From assembly GCA_001599295.1 (NCBI GenBank), contig BCGN01000003.1:1612001-1676000 (forward strand): DNA of 64,000 nt. The letters run 5' to 3'. The DNA is from Sporopachydermia quercuum (taxonomy: Eukaryota). Positions 11,970 through 22,614 of the stretch are shown here, in pieces; positions within the stretch are counted from its first letter, which is position 1, and each line of letters begins with the position of its first letter. The notes under the pieces were generated by a model, which made no database searches, was not told the DNA's origin, and worked only from the letters and a program-made list of their open reading frames with translations. Made by a program: the position numbers and the translations under genes.

Positions 11970-12413
11970 ATGGAGTCAAACTGTTTGACAATAGATTATA
12001 ATCTGAAAACCACACAGCTTACTTCAGTAGAGATCCAGCTGCTGAATGAGTATCAGAGACTGGCTAGGAACTTACAAAAGGTATGTCATGTGTATGGGTA
12101 GTACAATGGTTGTTGATAGCACTACGAGTTATGAAATGAAAAGGGTTGAACATGATTGTGCATTGAAAATTTATTAAATCACAATAAATAAAAGTAAAAT
12201 TGATGAAATGGCTGAGAAAATCTAACATTTTGAAACTAGTTGGCACTCTATATAGAAGAAACAAATACCAGGCCAACAGCGGCTTTACTAGAAACCTTCC
12301 GGAATCTCGAAACTAAGCTAACCAGTGTTTACACCTTATTCAAAGCCTCGGTGTACAATATAATTCAACGGCAGGTAGACAATCGATATAAAGATGCAGA
12401 AATGGAAGGTTGA
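11970..12413 (+). CDS. DAD3: DASH/Dam1 kinetochore subunit Dad3, 94 aa, 2 exons (11970-12080, 12240-12413); absent from ORF track
   Basis: Spliced product MESNCLTIDYNLKTTQLTSVEIQLLNEYQRLARNLQK|LALYIEETNTRPTAALLETFRNLETKLTSVYTLFKASVYNIIQRQ.. carries the Dad3 TL(L/F)KASVY motif; intron 12081-12239 GTATGT...ATCTAAC...TAG. Confidence 0.9.
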
Positions 12414-12643
12414 TTAGATATTGACCTGGAACTGAAAATTACATCTATCCCCAATTATACCTTATGTGTGGTGATCAAGTTGTCGAGTGTCTATATATTA
12501 AGGAGTGCTCAATCTATATTGATTGCTTATTATATGATGGTCAATTATTCCATTTGAGTCGGTGCTGTGTCTTGTCCTGTTTGGTGATTGGAAATTGAAT
12601 GATAATTGGCAGGATATCGCTCGAAGAAAAAAGCCCAAGATGC

Positions 12644-13954
12644 TCATTTCTTCTCCGGTAATAATATTGGTTTGTTCGAGTTGAAGCTTTGCAGAGATAC
12701 ACCAGTGTAGCCATCCATCAAATCATCAGTTAAATCAACTGAATAAACAGAATGATTGTCCATATTGATTTCATGATGCAATTCGCCACTTCTCAGATGA
12801 CCTGGTCGAGACAGTTGTGACTCGCTTATTTCCTGTTTCTCATTGTCCATATTACTATCTAATTCTATAGCATTGTCGTGATCATGTATATGTTCATGTT
12901 CGTCATCGTCATCGTCATAAACATATTCCTGGCGCTCTAAAATGCTGTCTTTATCTGAATCTGAACTTATTTCAGACTCTGAGGATGAAAAGTATGATTC
13001 GTCGTCTGGAATAAAGAACGCCATGGGACCAGCCCATAAGGCCATTGAAATTAATGATGCTACGAATGCCAACCATAAAACGACAAAAAAAGCTGTGCCA
13101 AGTCGAGCTGTTATACCAAACACTTTGAACTCCGAGTTGATTCCATCGCGAGTGTTTATATATATCTTAGTGATACTCACAGCTCCCATCAACATACATA
13201 TAAATGAAGCTGTTGATAATATAGCTGCAGCCAGTGGATACCAATCAAAAAAGTATTCCATTGGCCCAGTGAAGAGCAATATAGCGGTTATACTTAGTCC
13301 GATGATTAACGAGACACGATAGAAAGTACACCATGCAATACTAGACGATGCGAACCTCATATCAGTATCCGTGAAGTAAGCAATCACGTTCAGATTCAGC
13401 ACTGTTAGTATGTTGGTGACATTGAATGAATACTCTGGAGTTGTTTCTGAACAAATAACTTTGAATGAAAGTGGTTCATCCTCTACTTCTTCAGATGAGG
13501 TAGTTGTATTTTCTAGTGTAGCAAGAGGTAAATCAATGTCACTTGCGTTATCTATATACTGTGTCCCGTTCATATGAGTGAAATTTCCATAGCAGAAGCT
13601 CCACATACCAGTGACAACAAACTGAGGTGCTGAAACAAGTTGCTGATCAGCATAACTTGATAAAAGATTTAGTTGTGATGTCGTGAATCCAAGGCCATAC
13701 TCGTAAAACTCACGATTGAAACGCATCTGATTTGATTTGATTGCATTAATTAAACCAGGGGCAATATTTGATGCTGGAAATACAACTCGTAGTATGTATA
13801 ATTGATGTTCTAGTTTACCAGCAGTACCGGCCGTTATTAACATGGTAAGTATAATAACCAATAATGTTGCTAGATACTTAGTTATCACGAAATAATCCAC
13901 GTAGTCCCGTAGGACATTCCATACTTTCCCTCCTAATGAACCAATTTTACCCAT
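12644..13954 (-). CDS. ECM7: SUR7/PalI-family 4-TM membrane protein, Ecm7-like
   Basis: N-terminal TM, large loop with GMWSFC..C, three C-terminal TMs including RLGTAFFVVLWLAF, acidic tail; near RPS1/IMD as recalled for S. cerevisiae ECM7. Confidence 0.65.
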   Translation of the reverse strand: MGKIGSLGGKVWNVLRDYVDYFVITKYLATLLVIILTMLITAGTAGKLEHQLYILRVVFPASNIAPGLINAIKSNQMRFNREFYEYGLGFTTSQLNLLSSYADQQLVSAPQFVVTGMWSFCYGNFTHMNGTQYIDNASDIDLPLATLENTTTSSEEVEDEPLSFKVICSETTPEYSFNVTNILTVLNLNVIAYFTDTDMRFASSSIAWCTFYRVSLIIGLSITAILLFTGPMEYFFDWYPLAAAILSTASFICMLMGAVSITKIYINTRDGINSEFKVFGITARLGTAFFVVLWLAFVASLISMALWAGPMAFFIPDDESYFSSSESEISSDSDKDSILERQEYVYDDDDDEHEHIHDHDNAIELDSNMDNEKQEISESQLSRPGHLRSGELHHEINMDNHSVYSVDLTDDLMDGYTGVSLQSFNSNKPILLPEKK

Positions 13955-14519
13955 GTTGTAGTAATTTCTATTGTTTCTTCACTTATTTATGATCCCTGCA
14001 GTCATTATGACACTCATAGGGCTGATAGATAACGTTGTTGAAATTGAAAGTCAGGATGCTATTTACTGTAGATTATAGTTCTCTAGTTCCTTCAAGTCAT
14101 TGATTCACTTAACGACATACAGCACGACCAATATGTATTCAAGACTCCTGATTCAACTGTTTGATTTTCGCTTTAATGAATGTTGTGATTGATTTCCTTG
14201 AATTGTTGTAAATGACTTGATGATTATCACAAATGAGCCAGCAACCGATGAACTGATGCTCTCCAATTACGTTTATATGCTCATGTCCTCCTCAATACAC
14301 ATACCGCGAAGCGCATAAGCTGTTTTACTGAATACAGATACTCTATTGATCAAAACGGATATCTTGGTCTCTCTTTATCATTGCCTTCTTGTTGCCAAAT
14401 ATCGGTTTCTAATATTCTTACTAAAAGGAGTTAATCGATGTTTGATCAAGAGTAAAGAAAAGTAGGTTCTATATATTCATGCATANTTCATGCACTGTTT
14501 ATGTATTGCATGCCCCCAG

Positions 14520-14541
14520 TATCAAATCACGTGATTTGATA
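14520..14541. promoter_or_regulatory. Perfect 22-bp palindrome centred on CACGTG (Cbf1-type E-box)
   Basis: TATCAAATCACGTGATTTGATA is its own reverse complement; lies in the divergent ECM7/IMD intergenic region. Confidence 0.55.
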
Positions 14542-15335
14542 ATTGGATTGTTCCTGAAAATTGATGTACATTTGATAATAGAACAGTTGTTTCTCAGCTT
14601 GAGCGCTGAATTTTAAATGAATAAACAACTGTATTTTATTAAATAGAATTTCTTTTTTAGACCTGTTTTCAGTTTTTAACTAAAGTAATTCGTCTTGAAT
14701 TGTTCTCAGGAAGAGAAGTAATCCAAGATGGAGTTGACAGATTGCATATNATGGGGAACTTTTCACTATCATGAATCTTACAGATTGCTTGTAGTTGAAC
14801 AAAGAGATATCAAAGTAACTGTAAATATTAAAGGAAACGGCAACAAAATCAGCTAATATTGGACAAATGTATATAAGTATCTATTTAAAAGATTACTTTT
14901 TCCATTCTTCTTTTCATTATCGCGTTATTATAGTAGTTCGAACATCCTATCTACAACAAATGTTAACATCACATCTCCTCTCGAATCACTAAATCATATC
15001 GATGTACAGGATACAGCTACCTAGCCACTGAGCTTCTTACCTAATCCATAAAACAATACTCAACCTGAAAATATACTAGAGACCAAAAAACTAACACCTT
15101 GCAAAGATAAGAATGTCCTTTGATTTTAATTATCACTAGAATTACTATAGTTCTCTTAGCAATTGAGCTAACAAACCTGACAGCTAAAGATTACATAATC
15201 TAGAAGAAATATTTGTGGTCAAAACTTAACCTTAAACCTCTAACAGGAAAGTGAAAAAAATTTTTAATTTATATGGGAGAAAAATGCGTGAGGAATTTTA
15301 AGTAATACAGTTTGTTGTGGGAGTATTACTAAGTG

Positions 15336-15343
15336 TATATAAA
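15336..15343 (+). promoter_or_regulatory. TATA box of the IMD gene
   Basis: TATATAAA about 240 nt upstream of the ATG at 15584. Confidence 0.55.
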
Positions 15344-15583
15344 CCCTTTGATATCCTTTAAGAGCATTTTACTTAAAACTATCTACAAATTTGATCTTAT
15401 TCCTGGTTTTTTTCTTTTCCTTGGTTCGGTTGGTCGGTATAGTATTGGCAGACCCAACCCTACCCTTCATTACAATTTCTTATCATTATTTATATTATCA
15501 CGATTTTATTTCGTAAGATTTACTCGTTGCTCACTGCAGAACATAACTTGTATCTAAACACATAAAAAAATCCCATAGACAAA

Positions 15584-17406
15584 ATGGTTGAAGAATACAC
15601 CAAAGCTTTGGAACTCATCAAAGAATACGAGACCAAAGATGGTCTTGATGTCCATACGTTAATGGATTCAAACATCAGAGGTGGATTGACTTATAACGAT
15701 TTCCTTATGCTCCCAGGTAGAATTACTTTCCCTGCTTCAGCTGCTTCCTTAGAAACCAAGCTCACTAAGAAGATCACTTTAAAGACACCATTCGTGTCAT
15801 CTCCCATGGATACTGTCACTGAATCTGATATGGCTATTCATATGGCACTTCTTGGTGGTATTGGTATTATTCATCATAACTGCTCCGCTGATGAACAAGC
15901 TGCTATGGTTAGAAAGGTAAAGAAATTTGAAAACGGTTTCATTTCTGACCCTGTTGTCATCAAACCAAGCTGCACAGTTGGTGAAGTTAAGAAGATGAGA
16001 GAAGAATTAGGATTCTCTGGCTTTCCTGTTACTGGTATGTTTAATTCTTGATTTACTTACAACAATTTTCTTCTCCTAAATAACGTACATGATGTGGAAA
16101 CAATTAATCAATAACTTTCGTTCTACCGTATCGGTCAAACGACCAAGTGGAAACATATATTTTCTGACCCTTTATTTATTATTCATTTATTGATATTGAT
16201 TTATTTGATAATCAAATAATTCACTTATCTGAGGAGCTATGATAGCATTTTTATCATTCAATTGCTTTTTGATACTAACAAGTTTCTATAGAAGATGGAA
16301 AAGTCCCAGGTAAATTACTAGGTATCATCACATCAAGAGATATTCAATTCCATGATAATGATTCTACTCCTGTCTCTGAAGTTATGACTAAAGAATTAGT
16401 CACTGCTCCAAAGTCTATTGATTTAGCTACAGCTAACAACGTGTTAAGAGAGTCCAAGAAGGGCAAACTTCCTATTGTTGATGAAGAAGGATACATTGTT
16501 GCTCTTTTATCTCACACAGATTTGAAGAAGAACTTGACTTGGCCCAATGCTTCCAAATCTGCTGACTCCAAGCAATTATTATGCGGTGCCGCCATTGGAA
16601 CTAGACCTGATGATCGTTTAAGATTAGACAAGTTAGTTGCTGCCGGTTTGGATGTTGTCGTCTTGGATTCATCTCAAGGTGACTCAGTCTTCCAAATTGA
16701 CATGATTAAGTGGATCAAGGCTACTTATCCTGACCTTCAAGTTATTGCTGGTAACGTTGTTGTTAGAGAACAAGCAGCTAGCTTGATTGCTGCCGGTGCT
16801 GATGCATTACGTATTGGTATGGGTTCAGGATCTATTTGCATTACCCAGGAGGTTATGGCTGTTGGTAGACCTCAAGGTACCGCTGTCTATAATGTCTGTG
16901 CTTTCGCCAAGAGATTTGGTGTCCCATGTATCGCTGATGGTGGTATTCAAAATATTGGTCATATTATCAAGGCTTTGGCTTTAGGTGCATCTTGTGTTAT
17001 GATGGGTGGCTTACTTGCTGGTACTACTGAATCTCCCGGTCAATATTTCTTCAGGGATGGAAAGAGACTAAAAACTTATAGAGGCATGGGATCAATTGAA
17101 GCCATGGAGAAGCAAGACAATAACGACAATGCCGCTACTAGCAGATATTTCTCTGAAGGAGACTCTGTTCTGGTTGCTCAAGGTGTTTCTGGTGCTGTTA
17201 TCGATAAGGGTACTATTACCAAGTTCATTCCTTACTTATATTATGGTTTACAACATGGTTTCCAGGATATTGGTGTCAAAAGCGTTGTCGAATTAAGAGA
17301 ACAAGTTGATAATGGATCTGTTAGATTTGAGTACAGAACTGCTTCTGCTCAACTTGAAGGTGGTGTTCACTCTCTTTATTCTTATGAAAAGAGACTCCAT
17401 AACTAA
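15584..17406 (+). CDS. IMD4: Inosine-5'-monophosphate dehydrogenase, 521 aa, 2 exons (15584-16034, 16292-17406)
   Basis: [20 protein letters not shown] domains, catalytic [16 protein letters not shown]. Intron 16035-16291 (GTATGT, TACTAAC 16273-16279, TAG) gives FPVT|EDGK. The symbol reflects the intron/snR54-bearing orthologue group (IMD2/3/4 are S. cerevisiae paralogues). Confidence 0.95.
16085..16170 (+). ncRNA. SNR54: Intronic box C/D snoRNA snR54 homologue (18S rRNA 2'-O-methylation guide, Am974 in S. cerevisiae numbering)
   Basis: Box C-like ATGATGT 16089-16095; guide AACTTTCGTTCT 16113-16124 complementary to 18S AGAACGAAAGUU; internal hairpin GGTC-AAAC-GACC; box D CTGA 16164-16167; snR54 is known to reside in the IMD4 intron. 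Confidence 0.88.
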
Positions 17407-18114
17407 TTAATTAAAAAAGGTTGTTCTGTGGTGAGAACTTGATATATAAATAATGTTGATAGAAATTAGCTAATAATTTATGTAATTATAATAGCATTAA
17501 TGTGGGTAATTGAAATGTTTTTGGGACTACGTAAAATAGTATAATTGGATGTTTTTCTCGTTCCGTTTTGTCAGCAGAGCTGAAAGAACTAAACCGTAAA
17601 TATGGCTGACTTGCAGGTGCATCATGAAGAATTAACACTAACTGAGAAGAGTTTCGAAGATGAAGTATAATTTCTCATGTGATTGATGTTCCAATATTTC
17701 TCGTTGTTGTTAACTAGTGTTCACGAAAGTACTTAATTCTTGGTCGTTCAGAGGTACATGACTCCAGTCCGTTTATATACATCATTTGAATCCTAAAAGG
17801 ATGTCTCCTATGGTGACAAGTTTTTCGGAAGTTTGCCGTTTTTCAGCATCGATCAACTCTATGAGAAATCAGAAATACCTAGCGACAATCTTCTAGAATC
17901 AATACTTCATTGACTTCTCTACATAAGAAATACACATGTATACGTTATACAGGAGCTACCGCTGTCTAGTGATGATTAGATCTATTCATATATACACATT
18001 TTGAGACTACAACTACAAATAGAACAGAATTTTAAAATGATATTTTCGATTAGTGTTAGATACACTGGTTAAAAGTTTTTATATAGATTAAATCATAAGA
18101 CAGATTCAAACCAA

Positions 18115-18888
18115 TTAAACAGATTCAAGAACAACATCCTTGAATTCTCTGTTAACCTTCTTTCCAGTTTCATCAGTAGAATTACCTTCACCGTGTAAAG
18201 ATAATAAAGCACCAAGGTCGAATTTGGGTTGTTTCAATAACTTGACCTTTCTAATGTGAACGTTTTGTAAAGGATAGATTCTCTTTGAAACTTTTTCAAT
18301 TTCACGTCCAATAACTTCAGGAATCAACTTGCTGGTTAATTGAGCTAAAGTAACAGTGGAAACTTCTCTCAAAATGATTTCAGTCATCTTCTTTCTGATG
18401 GCTCTAATTTGTGAACTTTGAGCATAAGTAGTCTTCTTGATTTGATTTGGCATTCTCTTGGTGAAACCAATGGCGAAAACTCTGATGTAGTAGTCATCAG
18501 CAGTCTTGACGGTGACATTAGCTTCAATCAAAGTTTGCCATTTTCTAACTAAAGATCTCAACTTGTCGGAAGTGAAGTCCAAACCGTGGAAGTTGGTTAA
18601 AAGGTTCTTTCCTTGAACTTCATCAACACGGAGCTTGACCTTTCTGAAAGAGTGGTCTTCCTGACCTTGTAAATCAGCAAGGCAAACTTCGACGATACGT
18701 CCCTTAAGGGAGTCGGCGGCATTCTTCAAACCGGTAGACTTGTTGACAAGAGTCTTACCAACATTTCTGTTTTCGAAAGTAGAAGGGGCCTTGATGTCGT
18801 ACCATTCCTTCTTGGTGAAAGGATCAACAACCTTCTTCTTTAAACCCTTCTTTCCCTTAGAAAGTCTCTTATTCTTACCGACAGCCAT
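18115..18888 (-). CDS. RPS1: 40S ribosomal protein eS1 (S3a)
   Basis: [16 protein letters not shown]-terminus, near-identity to recalled yeast Rps1, strong codon bias. Confidence 0.99.
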   Translation of the reverse strand: MAVGKNKRLSKGKKGLKKKVVDPFTKKEWYDIKAPSTFENRNVGKTLVNKSTGLKNAADSLKGRIVEVCLADLQGQEDHSFRKVKLRVDEVQGKNLLTNFHGLDFTSDKLRSLVRKWQTLIEANVTVKTADDYYIRVFAIGFTKRMPNQIKKTTYAQSSQIRAIRKKMTEIILREVSTVTLAQLTSKLIPEVIGREIEKVSKRIYPLQNVHIRKVKLLKQPKFDLGALLSLHGEGNSTDETGKKVNREFKDVVLESV

Positions 18889-19088
18889 GATTAATTACTG
18901 TTACTATTATCGATTGACGTTGTTAATAAGAATCTGAACAGTAAATGTCAATAATGCTTTGATGTCTTGTATGAGATAGTGCAAAAAATCTATGTAAATT
19001 CAGATAGAAAGAGTGAAAAGCAATACTAAGAGTTAGCAGAGGTCAGAATAGCTAGCAGTCTGTCTGTGTAGGATTGTTTCGCATACTA

Positions 19089-19297
19089 TTGCGTCGTTCC
19101 CGTATTCAGAGTAATACAGTCTGAAAATTCGTGAGTGGGTGCCTCTTTCCATTTAGGTAAATACATAAGGAAGAGAACCATATTTGGATAAGCAAAGGTG
19201 AAAATTACCGCAAACGGAAACGAAAAGGTTAAATATGACGGTTCTTTTGGAGCGTTTGGCACATGACTAAATATAGGGTAAACAAACATCACGTGAC
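19089..19297. promoter_or_regulatory. RPS1 upstream elements: Fhl1-like GACGCAA (19089-19095), Rap1-like GCACCCACTCACG (19130-19142), Cbf1 ATCACGTGAC (19288-19297)
   Basis: Motif matches read from sequence 200-410 nt upstream of the RPS1 ATG; Rap1-like site is 12/13 to RMACCCANNCAYY. Confidence 0.5.
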
Positions 19298-19687
19298 TAA
19301 GTGAAAAAATTCATGCGCAATATATTAAAAATTATAAGCATTACGAGACGAGGGGAAGAGTATAATAACAAAAACAGTGATACGGCTGAATTGTTGTTGA
19401 TCTGGCACGGTCGAACTTACAATAAGATAGGTATCTTGATAGAATCATATCAGTCAATTGCGAAGATCCATTCTATTTCAGTTTACTATCATATTAGTGA
19501 GCAAGTACAACTTATACTTTCTACCTTGACGTACGACTACCTATAACATATTAGATCATCAGTATCTACAGGGATCTGGAAAGTTAAATAGATCATTAAA
19601 TTATGAATATATATTACTACAAACACTGTTTATTCCATAAACTTGAGCGTAAGCAGTATGAGGTTTCTTAATACAGTTTGGATGAAT

Positions 19688-20866
19688 TTAGTTGTTTTCA
19701 GGTCTAAGCTTTCTAACTTCCTTACCAACTCTCCAGATTTCCATATTTCTGATGGTTTCCAGTTCACCTTCCAACTTCTCACGGTAGTCAGGAGCACCGT
19801 TGAATTCAAGAGATCTCTTGGTTTCAGAACCATCTCTAACAGAAGCATACAAATCTTGGAAGACAGGCTTGAGAGCCTTCTTGAAGATAGGATACCAGTC
19901 CAAAGCACCTCTTCTGGCAGTCGTGGAGCAGGCATCGTACATATAGTCCATACCGTACTTACCGATTAAAGGATACAAAGATTGGGTAGCTTCTTCGACA
20001 GTCTCATTGAAAGCTTCAGAAGGAGAGTGTCCGTTCTCTCTGAGGACATCGTATTGAGCCAAGAACATACCGTGGATACCACCCATGAGACAACCTCTTT
20101 CACCATACAAATCAGAGTAGACTTCCTTTTCAAAAGTAGTTTGGTAAACATAACCGGAACCAACAGCAACAGCTAAAGCAACAGCCTTTTCTTGAGCCTT
20201 GCCGGTGACGTCTTGCCAGACAGCGAAAGAAGAGTTGATACCTCTTCCTTCCTTGAAGAGAGATCTGACAGTTCTACCTGATCCCTTTGGGGCAACAAGG
20301 ATAACGTCGATGTCAGTAGGAGGTTCAACGTGGGTGAGATCCTTGAAGACTGGGGAGAAACCGTGAGAGAAGTACAAAGTCTTGTCACTGGTTAAAAGAG
20401 GCTTAAGAGAATCCCAAGTTTCTGATTGAGCAGCATCAGACAACAAGTTCATGACAATGGAACCCTTCTTGACAGCTTCTTGAACGTCAAATAAGTTCTC
20501 ACCTGGAACCCATCCGTCTTCAACAGCAGCCTTCCAAGAAGCACCATCTTTTCTAACACCAAGGATAACATTAAGACCATTGTCTCTCAAGTTTAAACCT
20601 TGACCATAACCTTGAGAGCCGTAACCAATAAGGGCCAATGTATCGTTCTTGAAGTATTCAAGTAACTGTTCTCTGGGCCAATCAGCTCTTTCATAGACGA
20701 CTTCTTCAGTACCACCGAAGTTGATGGTCTTGAGTCCTCTGACACCAGAAGCAACTTCCATAGACTTCATGGTAGGTCTGATGGAAGCTCTAGCAACAGC
20801 TGGAGCTCTGGTTAAAGCACCTCTAAGGGCACTTCGAGCAATTTGAGAAGCGGCTCTATAAGACAT
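19688..20866 (-). CDS. ILV5: Mitochondrial ketol-acid reductoisomerase, 392 aa
   Basis: Presequence, IGYGSQGYGQGLNLRD, SDLYGERGCLMG, ACSTTARRGALDW; ATG at 20866. Confidence 0.98.
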   Translation of the reverse strand: MSYRAASQIARSALRGALTRAPAVARASIRPTMKSMEVASGVRGLKTINFGGTEEVVYERADWPREQLLEYFKNDTLALIGYGSQGYGQGLNLRDNGLNVILGVRKDGASWKAAVEDGWVPGENLFDVQEAVKKGSIVMNLLSDAAQSETWDSLKPLLTSDKTLYFSHGFSPVFKDLTHVEPPTDIDVILVAPKGSGRTVRSLFKEGRGINSSFAVWQDVTGKAQEKAVALAVAVGSGYVYQTTFEKEVYSDLYGERGCLMGGIHGMFLAQYDVLRENGHSPSEAFNETVEEATQSLYPLIGKYGMDYMYDACSTTARRGALDWYPIFKKALKPVFQDLYASVRDGSETKRSLEFNGAPDYREKLEGELETIRNMEIWRVGKEVRKLRPENN

Positions 20867-20882
20867 TATGATCAAATTTAAT

Positions 20883-20899
20883 TATATATATATATATAT
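20883..20899. repeat. (TA)8 microsatellite just upstream of the ILV5 ATG
   Basis: TATATATATATATATAT read directly. Confidence 0.8.
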
Positions 20900-21231
20900 G
20901 AATATATAACGAATATAATCAATCTATATATTTTCAGTTGAATTCGAAAGTTGAAGGTCTTGTAAGAACTGTTGAAAATTGGATAAAAATATACAACTAA
21001 GAGGAAGAAGGAAGAAAACGAACAAGCTTGGGCTGTAAAGTGTAAATCAAAAGTGAGTAATTTCCAATTGAAGTTTTTTTCGCTTTCATGCCTGCGTTTC
21101 GTTTCCCCAAGTTATTTTGTTTGGTGGTAATTTTTCAACGGAGACTCCTAGTCACTGAGAGAATAAGTAAGGTTTGAACAAATTGATTGAAATCTCATAG
21201 TAATAGAGTTAGAGTTTGCATTGTGATACAT

Positions 21232-21241
21232 CCGGTAGCGG
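21232..21241. promoter_or_regulatory. Leu3-type CCG-N4-CGG site in the ILV5 promoter
   Basis: CCGGTAGCGG about 365 nt upstream of ILV5, a known Leu3 target in yeasts. Confidence 0.55.
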
Positions 21242-22614
21242 AGAGAAATAAATGAAGCTGAGAAGGGCTAGATTAGATGATCATAAAATGTAATAGAGTG
21301 GAAGATGCTTAAGGGTGCATAGAGAGTGCATGAGGAGGAAATTGCTACTGATGCTGAGTGAACTGGTTGACGGTGTATTTGGTTATCGGTTTTTATAAAG
21401 ATTTGCTTGAAAGGAGCTGTTTAGTTTTGGATTCTTTAGTGGAAATGTGAGGGAGAAAGTGTAAGACTGCGATAAAAGAAGGATTAATAGNTATTATTTT
21501 CAAGAAATAAGCACCTATGGTAGCATCATGATTGGGGGTTATTCAGTCATGTAGTATCATGACAATCTGGCTACTACATACAGGACAGTTGTAATCCTCA
21601 CAATCCTGGCATATCCCTCAGACAAACTGTACTGGTCCTGCGTTAACGAGGCCTTGCTATATACAAAGATAAAGAAAAATAAATAGCTTGGTGTTTATAT
21701 TGGCAATGTATAGATGTGAGAAGTAAATGAATAAATTCAACTTTAAGGCTCGAGAGTCTCTCATTTGACCTGCATTGAACATGCATATTCAAACATCAGT
21801 TATCCTTGAAGAACATTTGACCCTTTTAACCCCTCAATTATTTCAACTTATGACTTTTGAATCTAAACAAGAAACTCAGTATAGATAAAAATATCCACTT
21901 CCAGTTCTAAACAATTACCAAAACTCATTTGAGTCCTTATATGCAGTTCAACTCAATCATAATTCAAGCGCAACTGGCTCATTCTGTAATACGGTAAGTC
22001 TTCTCTCACCCTGCATATCATTGCATGCCAATCTGTTCCTCACTAACGAATCTACTAGCAACATTGTTCATAACATTCTAAATCTTCAGCACATTTTGTT
22101 ATAATCAGACAACGAATCTTTTCAATTTACCCTATAGAGATACACACTAATTACTACAAATAATTAAAATCCTCCTTTTTCATACTTGCTGCCTCGATGA
22201 AACCTTATTTGCATCATACACCAAACTTGCATATTTCACTCTAACTCTATTTCGCATACGAATCAAATTTTCATAAAGAAATAAATCCCATTCTCAACTG
22301 CCTAAACTGGCTCTACTAATAGTCTACCAATCTCTATACTATAAAAATATTGCTGTTGATAGATAAATAAGTTAAGATAACCTACAGCTTAAACAACCGA
22401 ATAGACTTCTGTTTGAGTTGAAAGTCTACAGAGAGTTGCAGATACAACATAATCCTTCTCACCATCTCACAAATAGGTCTTATCAACAAATTCCATTGCT
22501 ATTATCCAGCTACGCAACAGCTACATTAAAAATAGTGATAATCTATCTAACATTTCAAACTGAATCCTAAGTCTATTTGCTGCCTATAACTTCCTTACTG
22601 AGATATTCCATTTT

